DNA of 64,000 nucleotides from an uncultured delta proteobacterium (lineage in GTDB: Bacteria > Desulfobacterota > Desulfobacteria > Desulfobacterales > Desulfosalsimonadaceae). A program made the position numbers and the translations under genes. The stretch lies in the NCBI GenBank assembly GCA_963826785.1, contig CAWGYD010000001.1, positions 1 through 64,000 of the forward strand, written 5' to 3'. The notes below the pieces were generated by a model. It was not told the DNA's origin. It ran no database searches and was given only the letters and a program-made list of their open reading frames with translations. Shown one piece after another: positions 1 through 8,928 of the stretch (positions are counted from its first letter, which is position 1; each line of letters opens with the position of its first letter).

Positions 1-78
1 AAAAAAATAAAGGGGATTTTTGCTCATCCTCTCAATCTTATCGGAGCAGGAGTATGAACAGAATCATCATAATTAAAA

Positions 79-1470
79 TTAATTATTATACTTCTGAAGA
101 AGGATAATATACTCGCTCCTCATGGTGTTGGCCATGCCCGAGATCTGCCTTGCCAGAATCCGGACAGGTGCGAATTGATAAGGCCGGGCAAGATCGATTA
201 TGATTTTGTGCAATCCGGTTACTTCTTCTTTGGCAATACCAAGCGCTTTGCTCAGCTGGTTGTCGTTGGTGCCGATGATAATCGTGCAGAATCGTTCGGG
301 TTTTAATATCCGGCTGCATTCGGAAAGGATTTTGTCCATATCCTCAACATAGAGTTCATATTTTTGCTTTACGGCTTTGCCACGAAGCCCGACCATGCTT
401 TCTTTCAGGTCGCTTATGTTTTCCCCCATGGCATTTAAATGAAATGAATCGTTTGCCAGATAATCAATGGCAAAACTGTAGGGCGGTGAAAACAAAATTC
501 CATCAATGCTGTTTTTCTCCAACCCCAGGCTTCGGGCATCGCCCTGCAGGATGTCGGCCCGGGCGAGAATCGATTCCGAGCCTTTCAGCACGAACTGAAT
601 TTTTTTCACTACGAAAATATAACGCGCAAGGATGGCCTGAAACTGCTCGAAAGGGGATTTACGATTGCTTCTTTCCGCATATCCCGCACTGTCCAGATAG
701 GCCAGCAGTAAAAAATCAAATACCTCCCGAGCATCAGTCGAGATCATTTCCGCCAGCCGCTTCATCCCGTTGGAATTGAAGTTCGCCATGGATTCGTTGA
801 TGCCGGAAGGGTCTTTTTTCCAATAATTATTCCGGCTTTTGCTGCCGAAAATCGGAGTCCCGGCGGCACGGGAATAAATTTCAAATATCTGCTTTGTATG
901 TTGTAGCGCCAGATCCAAAGGCGCTTGCGGTATGGTTAAAGCATTATATTTCACCTGGGTCATGAACCGGCAAAACGGGCTTGCATCAATCCCGATAGAC
1001 TTTACACCCACGAGGCTTGCCTCAACTGGCACGGTTCCTGATCCCATCATTGGATCAAGGATGGTATCACCGGGCTTCAGGCCCATGATATTGATCAGCG
1101 CCTTGATCATTTGTGGATGAAATTTTCCCCGGTAGGGAAACAATCCATGAGTCGCATATCCGGTCCGGAATTGGTTTTTTTCGAAAAAGGATTTCAGGCG
1201 GGATGAAGAATGTTTCGGCAGAAGCAGCGGTTCGCCGGTGCACATCAGGTAATGCCGGGTCAGCCGATCTCCGATTTTTATGAAATAAGCCCCGTTATCC
1301 ACCAGTTCATCTTCGTTCAGAATTCTGCTTTCATAAAAGGCCAGGGCCAATTCATAAACTTCGTTCAGCTGTGGTGAAAGTACCAGCCCTCTGGGGAAAA
1401 GCCGGCGAAACATGCCATCCGAAAGCACATCGGCAGGTGACTGGCTATCTTGTATCGTATTGAAGTTCAT
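79..1470 (-). CDS. DNA amino-methyltransferase, alpha class (probable N4-cytosine), second MTase of the RM island
   Basis: 463 aa. THGLFPYRGKFHP segment, then motif I DPMMGSGT upstream of motif IV FSPPY (alpha order). ATGA overlap with the restriction endonuclease stop at 1467-1470. Confidence 0.8.
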   Translation of the reverse strand: MNFNTIQDSQSPADVLSDGMFRRLFPRGLVLSPQLNEVYELALAFYESRILNEDELVDNGAYFIKIGDRLTRHYLMCTGEPLLLPKHSSSRLKSFFEKNQFRTGYATHGLFPYRGKFHPQMIKALINIMGLKPGDTILDPMMGSGTVPVEASLVGVKSIGIDASPFCRFMTQVKYNALTIPQAPLDLALQHTKQIFEIYSRAAGTPIFGSKSRNNYWKKDPSGINESMANFNSNGMKRLAEMISTDAREVFDFLLLAYLDSAGYAERSNRKSPFEQFQAILARYIFVVKKIQFVLKGSESILARADILQGDARSLGLEKNSIDGILFSPPYSFAIDYLANDSFHLNAMGENISDLKESMVGLRGKAVKQKYELYVEDMDKILSECSRILKPERFCTIIIGTNDNQLSKALGIAKEEVTGLHKIIIDLARPYQFAPVRILARQISGMANTMRSEYIILLQKYNN

Positions 1471-2063
1471 CTGAGCGCCCTGCCGTCGGTGCCTTTCGGA
1501 ATAAGCGGGACATCCATGGATAATGTGTCATGTTCGATTTCAAGGACCGTGAGAACCCCTTCTTTGACCTGCAGATTCCGCCAGACTGGGAAATAAGGTT
1601 CAATCTCCGAATAGCTGCCGATCCGATCGGTTAAATATTCATACATGGGCCTGGAAGGAAGGATCAGAATACCGCCCGCCAACACCCCGTCCAGAAGTCC
1701 GACCGCCATCTTGTTCAATGCCCGATGGCTTGACGATATATTTCCCGTCTCCCATTCGACCGCAAAATAGCGGCCATCCGGAACTTCTTTGACTGCATCG
1801 ATCGGGCCGGGCCTGAGCCGCGATGCAATGGACATTCGATATTCACGCAGCCAGCCATATTGGACCAGAACATCCAGAAATTTTTTTTTGATGGGCACCA
1901 CCCCATTCCCCTTTCTCTTCGGATGAAGCGTAAATTGCCGGCTGTCTTTTGGATGGGTAACGGATGAAACAGCATTTTCAACTTCATCAAGGATGATTTT
2001 AAATTCCGAAGACGTATGAAAGATTCCCTTCTGGATCAGGAACTCATTCTTTATTATCTTCAC
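1467..2063 (-). CDS. Type II restriction endonuclease, BamHI family (predicted GGATCC)
   Basis: NGVVPIK, GPIDAVK, VEWETGNISSSHRALNKM, YLTDRIG..EPYF and IPKGTDG match BamHI segments, including catalytic D94/E111/E113 and recognition N116/R122/D154/R155 equivalents. GTG start. Confidence 0.92.
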   Translation of the reverse strand: MKIIKNEFLIQKGIFHTSSEFKIILDEVENAVSSVTHPKDSRQFTLHPKRKGNGVVPIKKKFLDVLVQYGWLREYRMSIASRLRPGPIDAVKEVPDGRYFAVEWETGNISSSHRALNKMAVGLLDGVLAGGILILPSRPMYEYLTDRIGSYSEIEPYFPVWRNLQVKEGVLTVLEIEHDTLSMDVPLIPKGTDGRALR

Positions 2064-2283
2064 TGAGAATTTCCTCCACTTTTGCGATAAGTTCGATGGA
2101 TGATATGCGAAGTGCTTTGGCGAGTTGAAGCAGGGTGGTTAAGGATGGCTGCCTGAGTCCTCTTTCCAGAAGCGAAATATAGCTTCTGTCAAGTCCGCTT
2201 TCCTGTGACAGGCGTTCCTGGGAAATTTTTAAGCTGGTGCGGAAAATACGAAGGGTTTGTCCGAATGCATGTGCCGGATCCAA
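2044..2283 (-). CDS. RM controller (C) protein, XRE helix-turn-helix
   Basis: FGQTLRIFR..ISQERLSQESGLDRSYISLLERGLRQPSL is a typical XRE/C-protein HTH. It overlaps the start of R. Likely start is TTG at 2283 with AGGAG RBS; the ORF track extends to 2331. Confidence 0.88.
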   Translation of the reverse strand: MDPAHAFGQTLRIFRTSLKISQERLSQESGLDRSYISLLERGLRQPSLTTLLQLAKALRISSIELIAKVEEILSEDNKE

Positions 2284-2405
2284 TTGAATCTCCTGTCTTA
2301 GCTGCTTTATACCGAAGATCAATGTTTTCACAGATGCGCTGAGCCAAAGATTTAAATTATCATAGGCTGAATATGTATATCCGATATGTACGGTGTTGAT
2401 CTACA

Positions 2406-2415
2406 GACTATAGTC
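2406..2415. promoter_or_regulatory. Putative C-box operator (palindrome GACTATAGTC)
   Basis: Perfect 10-bp palindrome with GACT/AGTC half-sites in the divergent C/M intergenic region. Confidence 0.45.
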
Positions 2416-2503
2416 CTCAAAAAAAACATTGAATGAACAAACCGGGTGTGCTATCAAAACAGAGGATTTAGCAAATAAATTGAGGAAAGATGATTATCTC
2501 AAA

Positions 2504-3722
2504 ATGAAAAATTTATTTTTTAAGACATTGAATCTGAAAGCAACGGACAAATTGGCGCTGCACCGTTTTGCCCGCAATACCGGCATTCCTTTGGAAAGGC
2601 TGACTTATTACAATCAGAACAATATTCTCCCCTCCGGTCGGGATCTTAAGGACATATGTGAGGCTGCCGGTATTACCAAATTGGAGCTGATGCTGAAAAT
2701 GGGGCTTCTGGATTCCGGGTTGTGCGCTTTAATCCAGAAAAATGCCGACAAAATCTTTGATATCATTACCCATTCCCCTGAAAAAAATCTCGAAATACCG
2801 CCTCATCCTCCTCTGATATTGGAAACGGAAAAGGGCAAGTTGTACCAGGGTGACTGTATTGCCTTGATGCAGAATATGGATTGCGACAGTATCGATTTAG
2901 TCTTTGCAGATCCGCCATTTAATCTCAGCAAGCTGTATCCTTCAAACATCGATGACAATTTAAAAAGCGACCAATACCTGAGATGGTGTGAAAACTGGAT
3001 GGATGAATGCATCCGGATTTTAAAACCCGGAGGAAGTTTTTTTATCTGGAATCTTCCGAAGTGGAACACCCATTTGTCCGGGTTTCTAAACCGGAGAATG
3101 ACCTTCCGGCACTGGATCGCCGTTGACATCAAATACAGTCCTTCCCATTAAGGGAAGACTGTATCCGTCTCACTACTCACTGTTATATTACTGTAAAGGT
3201 GAAAAACCGAAAACGTTTCATCCCGACCGGCTGCCCATGGACATATGCCCCCATTGTGTGGGAGATCTCAAGGATTATGGAGGGTATAAGCACAAAATGA
3301 ACCCCGATGGCGTAAATTTGACGGATGTATGGCTGGATATTCCGCCGGTACGGCACCGAAAATATAAAAAGCGCAACGGCTCCAATGAACTCTCAGTCAG
3401 GCTGCTCGACCGCATCATTGAGATGGCCTCTGATGAAGGGGATATACTTTTTGATCCTTTTGGCGGGTCCGGTACGACCTACGCGGTGGCGGAAATCAAA
3501 AACCGAAAATGGATCGGAATCGAAATCGGGCCGTTTGAAGATATTATTAACCGTTTTAAAACCATCGATGAGGATGCTGAATATCTTAGCAAAATCAGAC
3601 GAAACTCCAATTGCTTGATCACTGAAGAAGATTTAAGAAGAAGAATTAATAATGGTTGGTGGACGCCGGATTCTGTGAGGATAAAGAATCGAGTGGCGAC
3701 CAAAGCGGAAAACAAGCAATAA
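2504..3722 (+). CDS. M.BamHI-like N4-cytosine DNA methyltransferase (beta class, N-terminal HTH-like extension); +1 frameshift at ~3140
   Basis: ORFs 2429-3151 (LYQGDC, FADPPFNL, ECIRILKPGGS) and 3123-3722 (LPIKGRLYPSHYSLLYY, CPHC..KDYGGYK, DPFGGSGTT) join after removing one C in AAA TAC AGT C CTT CCC. Start codon uncertain. Confidence 0.88.
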
Positions 3723-3962
3723 TTTATGCGTAAAGCATTACGGTTCATGTGTGCAGTATATCCTTCCGCCCCTGCCTGTCGCGACCGTAAAAACTGTTGT
3801 TTCGGCTTTTTTTTTCTCCTATAGTATCCAATCAAATATCGCCCGCATTGCCATCGCATGCCGTCCAACAAACCGGAAAGGCCGCAGGCGCCGGTTTCCG
3901 GAAGGAATAAGCCCGTGAAAGCGGCTGTTTACGGGTGTCATTATATCAAGGAGTTTTCATCA

Positions 3963-5570
3963 ATGCCTGAATTTCAATATCAACCCATGTTTCCCCTGGG
4001 GGAAAACCATACATCCTACCGTTTGCTGACCAGAGATCATGTCGCTCCAGATCGTTTCGGAGATGCGGAGGTGGTCCGCGTAGAAGAAGCCGCGCTGAAA
4101 ATCCTTTCGGAGCAGGCCTTCACCGATGTGGCTCACCTGTACCGGACATCGCATCTCACGCAGCTGTCTCAAATTTTGAATGACCCGCAGAGTTCGGACA
4201 ACGACCGGTACGTGGCCCTGGAGATGCTCAAAAATGCGGTCATTTCCGCCTCATTTGTCTTCCCCATGTGCCAGGATACCGGAACCGCCGTGGTGATCGG
4301 CAAAAAGGGCCAGCAGATCTGGACCGGCATCCCGGACGAGGCCGCCCTTTCTGCGGGTGTGTTCGCGGCATATACGAAAAACAACCTGCGCTATTCCCAG
4401 CAGGCGCCGTTGTCCATGTACGAGGAGGTCAACACGGGATGCAACCTGCCCGCCCAGATCGACCTGTATGCGGTGGAAGGCGACCGCTACGAGTTTCTCT
4501 TTATCGCCAAGGGGGGCGGGTCCGCCAACAAGACCTACCTGTTCCAGGAAACCAAGGCCATATTGAACCCCGATAAGCTGGTTGCGTTCCTGACCGGAAA
4601 GATGAAATCCCTGGGGACCGCCGCCTGCCCGCCCTATCATCTGGCGGTGGTGGTGGGGGGCACTTCGGCGGAAACCAACCTGAAGACCGTCAAGCTGGCC
4701 TCCGCCGGATACCTGGATCATCTCCCCGCCGAGGGAAACCGCCTGGGCCATGCCTTCCGGGACCTTGAGCTGGAAGCCAAACTGCTGGAGATTTCCCGCG
4801 ATCTTGGCATCGGGGCGCAGTTCGGCGGAAGATATTTCTGCCATGATGTGCGGGTGATCCGCATGCCCCGGCACGGGGCATCGTGCCCCGTGGGCATCGG
4901 GGTGAGCTGCAGCGCGGACCGGAATATCAAGGCAAAGATCACCCGGGACGGGGTTTTCCTGGAAGAACTCGACCGCGATCCCGCCCGGTTTCTGCCTGAA
5001 CCCGAAGACGCGGGGCAGCAGGCCGTCCGCGTAGACCTCAACCGGCCCATGGCCGAGATCCGTTCGGAGCTGAGCCGCTATCCCGTGGCCACCCGGCTGC
5101 TGCTCACCGGCGACATCATCGTGGCCAGGGATATCGCCCATTCGCGACTCCACGAGCGCCTTCGGAAAGAGGGCGATCTGCCCCGATATTTCAAGGATCA
5201 CATCATCTATTATGCCGGACCGGCCAAAACGCCTGAAGGCCACCCCTGCGGATCATTCGGCCCCACCACCGCCGGCCGGATGGACCCCTATGTGCCCGAA
5301 TTCCAGGAGAACGGCGGGTCGCTGGTCATGCTGGCCAAGGGCAACCGCACCGAGCAGGTGACCCGTGCATGCAAACAGTACGGCGGGTTTTATCTCGGTT
5401 CCATCGGCGGTCCGGCGGCCCGGCTGGCCAAAGAATGCATTACGGCCATGGAAGTCATCGAATATCCCGAACTGGGCATGGAGGCGATATACCGGATATC
5501 GGTAAAGGATTTTCCGGCATTTATCATCGTGGACGACAAGGGAAACGATTTTTTCGCATCCCTGCTGTAG
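3963..5570 (+). CDS. fumA: Fumarate hydratase class I (Fe-S)
   Basis: [31 protein letters not shown] and GPTTAGRMD motifs. ATG at 3963 with AAGGAG RBS. Confidence 0.95.
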   Translation: MPEFQYQPMFPLGENHTSYRLLTRDHVAPDRFGDAEVVRVEEAALKILSEQAFTDVAHLYRTSHLTQLSQILNDPQSSDNDRYVALEMLKNAVISASFVFPMCQDTGTAVVIGKKGQQIWTGIPDEAALSAGVFAAYTKNNLRYSQQAPLSMYEEVNTGCNLPAQIDLYAVEGDRYEFLFIAKGGGSANKTYLFQETKAILNPDKLVAFLTGKMKSLGTAACPPYHLAVVVGGTSAETNLKTVKLASAGYLDHLPAEGNRLGHAFRDLELEAKLLEISRDLGIGAQFGGRYFCHDVRVIRMPRHGASCPVGIGVSCSADRNIKAKITRDGVFLEELDRDPARFLPEPEDAGQQAVRVDLNRPMAEIRSELSRYPVATRLLLTGDIIVARDIAHSRLHERLRKEGDLPRYFKDHIIYYAGPAKTPEGHPCGSFGPTTAGRMDPYVPEFQENGGSLVMLAKGNRTEQVTRACKQYGGFYLGSIGGPAARLAKECITAMEVIEYPELGMEAIYRISVKDFPAFIIVDDKGNDFFASLL

Positions 5571-5626
5571 GGGGAAAAAGTATTCATTGTGGTTTCATCA
5601 TACCCGCGAAACCCTTGAGGACAGAA

Positions 5627-6973
5627 ATGCTGGAAGCGGTCAGGCGGCAATTCGAGCGGATGAACCGGTTTTTAAAGGAGGAAGTGTGGCTGGATCCCAG
5701 TGATCCGGACCGATGGACCCTGCTTTATTACTATGTGGTCCGCGTCTACCTGATTACGCTCCATGGCCTGAAAAACCAGCTCATTCTGCTGCGGGCCTCC
5801 GCGCTTTCCTACAGTACGCTCTTTGCCATCGTGCCCATCTTTGCCGTTGCCTTTTCCATGATGAAAGGCCTGGGCGCCCAACTCCAGCTGGAAAGAATCC
5901 TGATCAATTACCTGACCGCGCAGCAGGAAGCGGTCACCACCCGCATTATCACCTATATTTCCAATACGGATTTCAAGGCCCTGGGGGCTTTCGGCACCGC
6001 ATTTCTGATTTATGCAGTGGTGATGATGCTCGGAAATGTGGAAAGCACCTTCAACGACATCTGGGGGGTGACCAAGAGCCGCAGCGTGGGCCGGAAGATC
6101 ACCGATTACCTGAGTGTGCTCATTCTCGGTCCCCTGATGATGGTGATCGCCACCACTCTGATTGCCTCTTTTTCGTCCAATACCGTCATCCAGTACCTCA
6201 GCCGGTACTGGGTCTTTGAACGATCCCTGTTTCTTTTCAATACCATCCTGCCGTATATGGCGCTTTTCGTCGCGTTTACCGCCATGTATATTCTGATGCC
6301 CAACACCCGGGTCAGATTTCTGCCGGCCCTCATCGCCGGGATTCTCTGCGGCAGCCTGTGGGAACTGGCTTTCAGCCTCTACACGGACGTCTACGTCGGG
6401 GTGGCCCGGTACAATACCATTTACGGGACATTTGCGGTCATCCCCATTTTCATCATCTGGCTCTACATCAGCTGGATCATCGTCCTCATCGGCGCCCAGA
6501 TTTCCTATGCCATTCAGAACGTGAAATCGTTTCAGCAGGATGTCACATCCAGGGATATCGGGTACGAGCAACAGGAAGAGATGGCGGTGCACATCATGCT
6601 CAATATCTGCGAGCGGTTTCACAAGGGGCTCCCCCTGATCACCGAGCAGGAACTTTCCAACATGCTGACCATTCCCGTCCGGCTGGTTCACCAGATCGTC
6701 AGCAAGCTGGGCCGGGACGGAATGCTCAGGGAATGCAGCGAAGAAGAAGAGCCCATCCTGCAGCCGACCCGCAATCTCGGACTCATCAAGGTTCTAGATA
6801 TATGCCAGGCCATGCGCCGCGCCGACGGGAGAAGCTGGCAGATCACTGAAGAAGAATTTGGAAAACCCCTGTTTGATCTCTTCGACCGCAAAAGGTCGGC
6901 TGAAGCCGATCTGCTGGGCGGGGTCAGCATGCGCGATCTGTTGGAAAGGAGCCAAGCGATTGGCTTGGATTGA
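5627..6973 (+). CDS. YihY/BrkB family inner-membrane protein with C-terminal winged-helix-like domain
   Basis: RASALSYSTLFAIVP, VESTFNDIWG, YNTIYGTFAVIPIFIIWLYISW; multiple TM helices. Confidence 0.88.
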   Translation: MLEAVRRQFERMNRFLKEEVWLDPSDPDRWTLLYYYVVRVYLITLHGLKNQLILLRASALSYSTLFAIVPIFAVAFSMMKGLGAQLQLERILINYLTAQQEAVTTRIITYISNTDFKALGAFGTAFLIYAVVMMLGNVESTFNDIWGVTKSRSVGRKITDYLSVLILGPLMMVIATTLIASFSSNTVIQYLSRYWVFERSLFLFNTILPYMALFVAFTAMYILMPNTRVRFLPALIAGILCGSLWELAFSLYTDVYVGVARYNTIYGTFAVIPIFIIWLYISWIIVLIGAQISYAIQNVKSFQQDVTSRDIGYEQQEEMAVHIMLNICERFHKGLPLITEQELSNMLTIPVRLVHQIVSKLGRDGMLRECSEEEEPILQPTRNLGLIKVLDICQAMRRADGRSWQITEEEFGKPLFDLFDRKRSAEADLLGGVSMRDLLERSQAIGLD

Positions 6974-8912
6974 GTCTGCGGCCGCTCTTTTCATTTCCGT
7001 TGTCACCCTGCTCTTCCTGCTGGCCCACCCTGCCGCCGCCCAGGATGAGGAATATACGCTGGAAGTCAGCGATGTCACCTATGTCGGGATCCATCAGGTG
7101 GATAAAGTCCAGTTAATGGCCATTCTCGCCGTCCATCCGCCAGCCCTGTGGAAATTCTGGCGGACCGATCCGGTGGTGAGCATCCGGGATGTGGAGCAGG
7201 ATGCGGTGCGCATCCGGCAGTTTTATCAGGCCCGGGGATTTTACGAAGCCAGTGTGGATTACTTTATCGAACCGGTGGACCTGTTCGACATCCGCTATTA
7301 CACCAAAGCCGGCATTTCATCTAAAAAACCTGAATCCATACGGATCGATCCCGGAAAAGGTGAATACCACGTGGTCTTCAGGATCTCGGAAGGGCTGCCG
7401 GTCACGATTTCCGAACTTGTTCTCGATTGCCTGTGCGAAATCCAGACCCTGTCCGAACAGCAGCTCAGGGATCGGATGCCGGTCCGGGCCGGCCGGATTT
7501 TTGACTCCGATGAATATGAACAGTCCAAATCCATTATCCGCAAGATGCTGGGAAACAAGGGATACCCCTATGCGTCGGTGGAAGGAAACGCCCAGGTCCG
7601 CCTCCAGGAGCATGAGGCGCAAATCGGGTTTTCCATAGACCCCGGGGACCTGTACTATTTCGGCAGAATCCGGGTGGTGGACGATGCCGGCTATATCGAG
7701 CCGGGCGTCATCAGCCGGGCGGTCACCTTCAAATCCGGCGAGCGGTTCTCGCTGGACAAGCTCAATGCCTCCCGGCGCAATCTGTTCGGCCTGGGGATTT
7801 TCTCCACTGCCGTGATCGAAACGGGAGAACCCGATACCCTGGGGCACACGGTCCCGGTGATCATTACCATCATGCCCCGCAAGCAGCGGACGGTCAAATT
7901 CGGTGTCGGCTACGGAACCGATGACGGCGTCAGGCTACAGGCCGCCTGGATTTACCGGAATCTGACCGGATGGGCGGACCGGTTGTCCATCAGCGCCCGG
8001 CATTCGGATATCCTGGATAATGTTCAGGGTGAATACAGCATCCCTTATTTTTTGAGTTCCCGCAATCAGCTGATGGGTCAGGCCGGGTATAAGCGGGAAA
8101 ATACAGAATTTTATGACGTGAATCAAATATTTTCCGGGGTGGACTTAAACCGGAAAATGTCGGACGACTGGCTCATCAATGTCGGATACAATCTGGAGAT
8201 GAGCCGCCTGGAAAATATCAAGACGGATAACATCGACGATGTCCGCAATTCCATGGAAGATGATAATTACTACATCTCCTCAGTTGAATACTCCCTGGAG
8301 CGAAATACTGCGGACGACGCGTTGAACCCCAGCAGAGGGTATGTGCTCCGGTTCACCTTCGAAGACGCCGACCGGTTCCTGGGCTCTGAAACCACCTACC
8401 ACAAACCCACCCTGGAAGCCCGGGCATTTCTGCCGGTTTATGGCCCGCTGGTCGTCGCGGCAAGGGCACGCTTCCGGACCATCAAGGCAACCGGAGACAC
8501 GGGGGATATCCCCATCTTTAAGAAGCTGTTTCTAGGAGGGAGCAAATCGGTTCGCGGATATGATTACCAGCGTCTGGGGGTCATCAATGAACATGATGTG
8601 ATGATCGCTTCCTCCGGTGTGTCTTCGTTTGACGGAAATGTCGAACTGCGGTTTCCGTTGTACAGAGATTTTTCAGGTGTCCTGTTTTTCGATACCGGCG
8701 TCATGGATACCACCACCTATCGATATGGTTTGGATAATTTGCGCTACACCTGCGGTCTGGGGCTGCGCTACAACACCGTTTTGGGGCCGATTCAGCTCGA
8801 TTTCGGATATAAGCTCAATCCGCCGGTGGCGCAATGGAAAGACATGGTCAGCGCCGAGGGGGTGGATACCGCACCCTGGCGGTTTCATTTGAATGTGGGG
8901 CAGGCTTTTTGA
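6960..8912 (+). CDS. tamA: Omp85-family outer membrane protein, TamA-like
   Basis: POTRA-like repeats, GVGYGTDDG, LGGSKSVRGY, GLRYNTVLGPIQLDFG, C-terminal NVGQAF. Lies upstream of tamB. TTG start inferred from RBS. Confidence 0.85.
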   Translation: MAWIESAAALFISVVTLLFLLAHPAAAQDEEYTLEVSDVTYVGIHQVDKVQLMAILAVHPPALWKFWRTDPVVSIRDVEQDAVRIRQFYQARGFYEASVDYFIEPVDLFDIRYYTKAGISSKKPESIRIDPGKGEYHVVFRISEGLPVTISELVLDCLCEIQTLSEQQLRDRMPVRAGRIFDSDEYEQSKSIIRKMLGNKGYPYASVEGNAQVRLQEHEAQIGFSIDPGDLYYFGRIRVVDDAGYIEPGVISRAVTFKSGERFSLDKLNASRRNLFGLGIFSTAVIETGEPDTLGHTVPVIITIMPRKQRTVKFGVGYGTDDGVRLQAAWIYRNLTGWADRLSISARHSDILDNVQGEYSIPYFLSSRNQLMGQAGYKRENTEFYDVNQIFSGVDLNRKMSDDWLINVGYNLEMSRLENIKTDNIDDVRNSMEDDNYYISSVEYSLERNTADDALNPSRGYVLRFTFEDADRFLGSETTYHKPTLEARAFLPVYGPLVVAARARFRTIKATGDTGDIPIFKKLFLGGSKSVRGYDYQRLGVINEHDVMIASSGVSSFDGNVELRFPLYRDFSGVLFFDTGVMDTTTYRYGLDNLRYTCGLGLRYNTVLGPIQLDFGYKLNPPVAQWKDMVSAEGVDTAPWRFHLNVGQAF

Positions 8913-8928
8913 GGCTGAAGTTCGAAAA

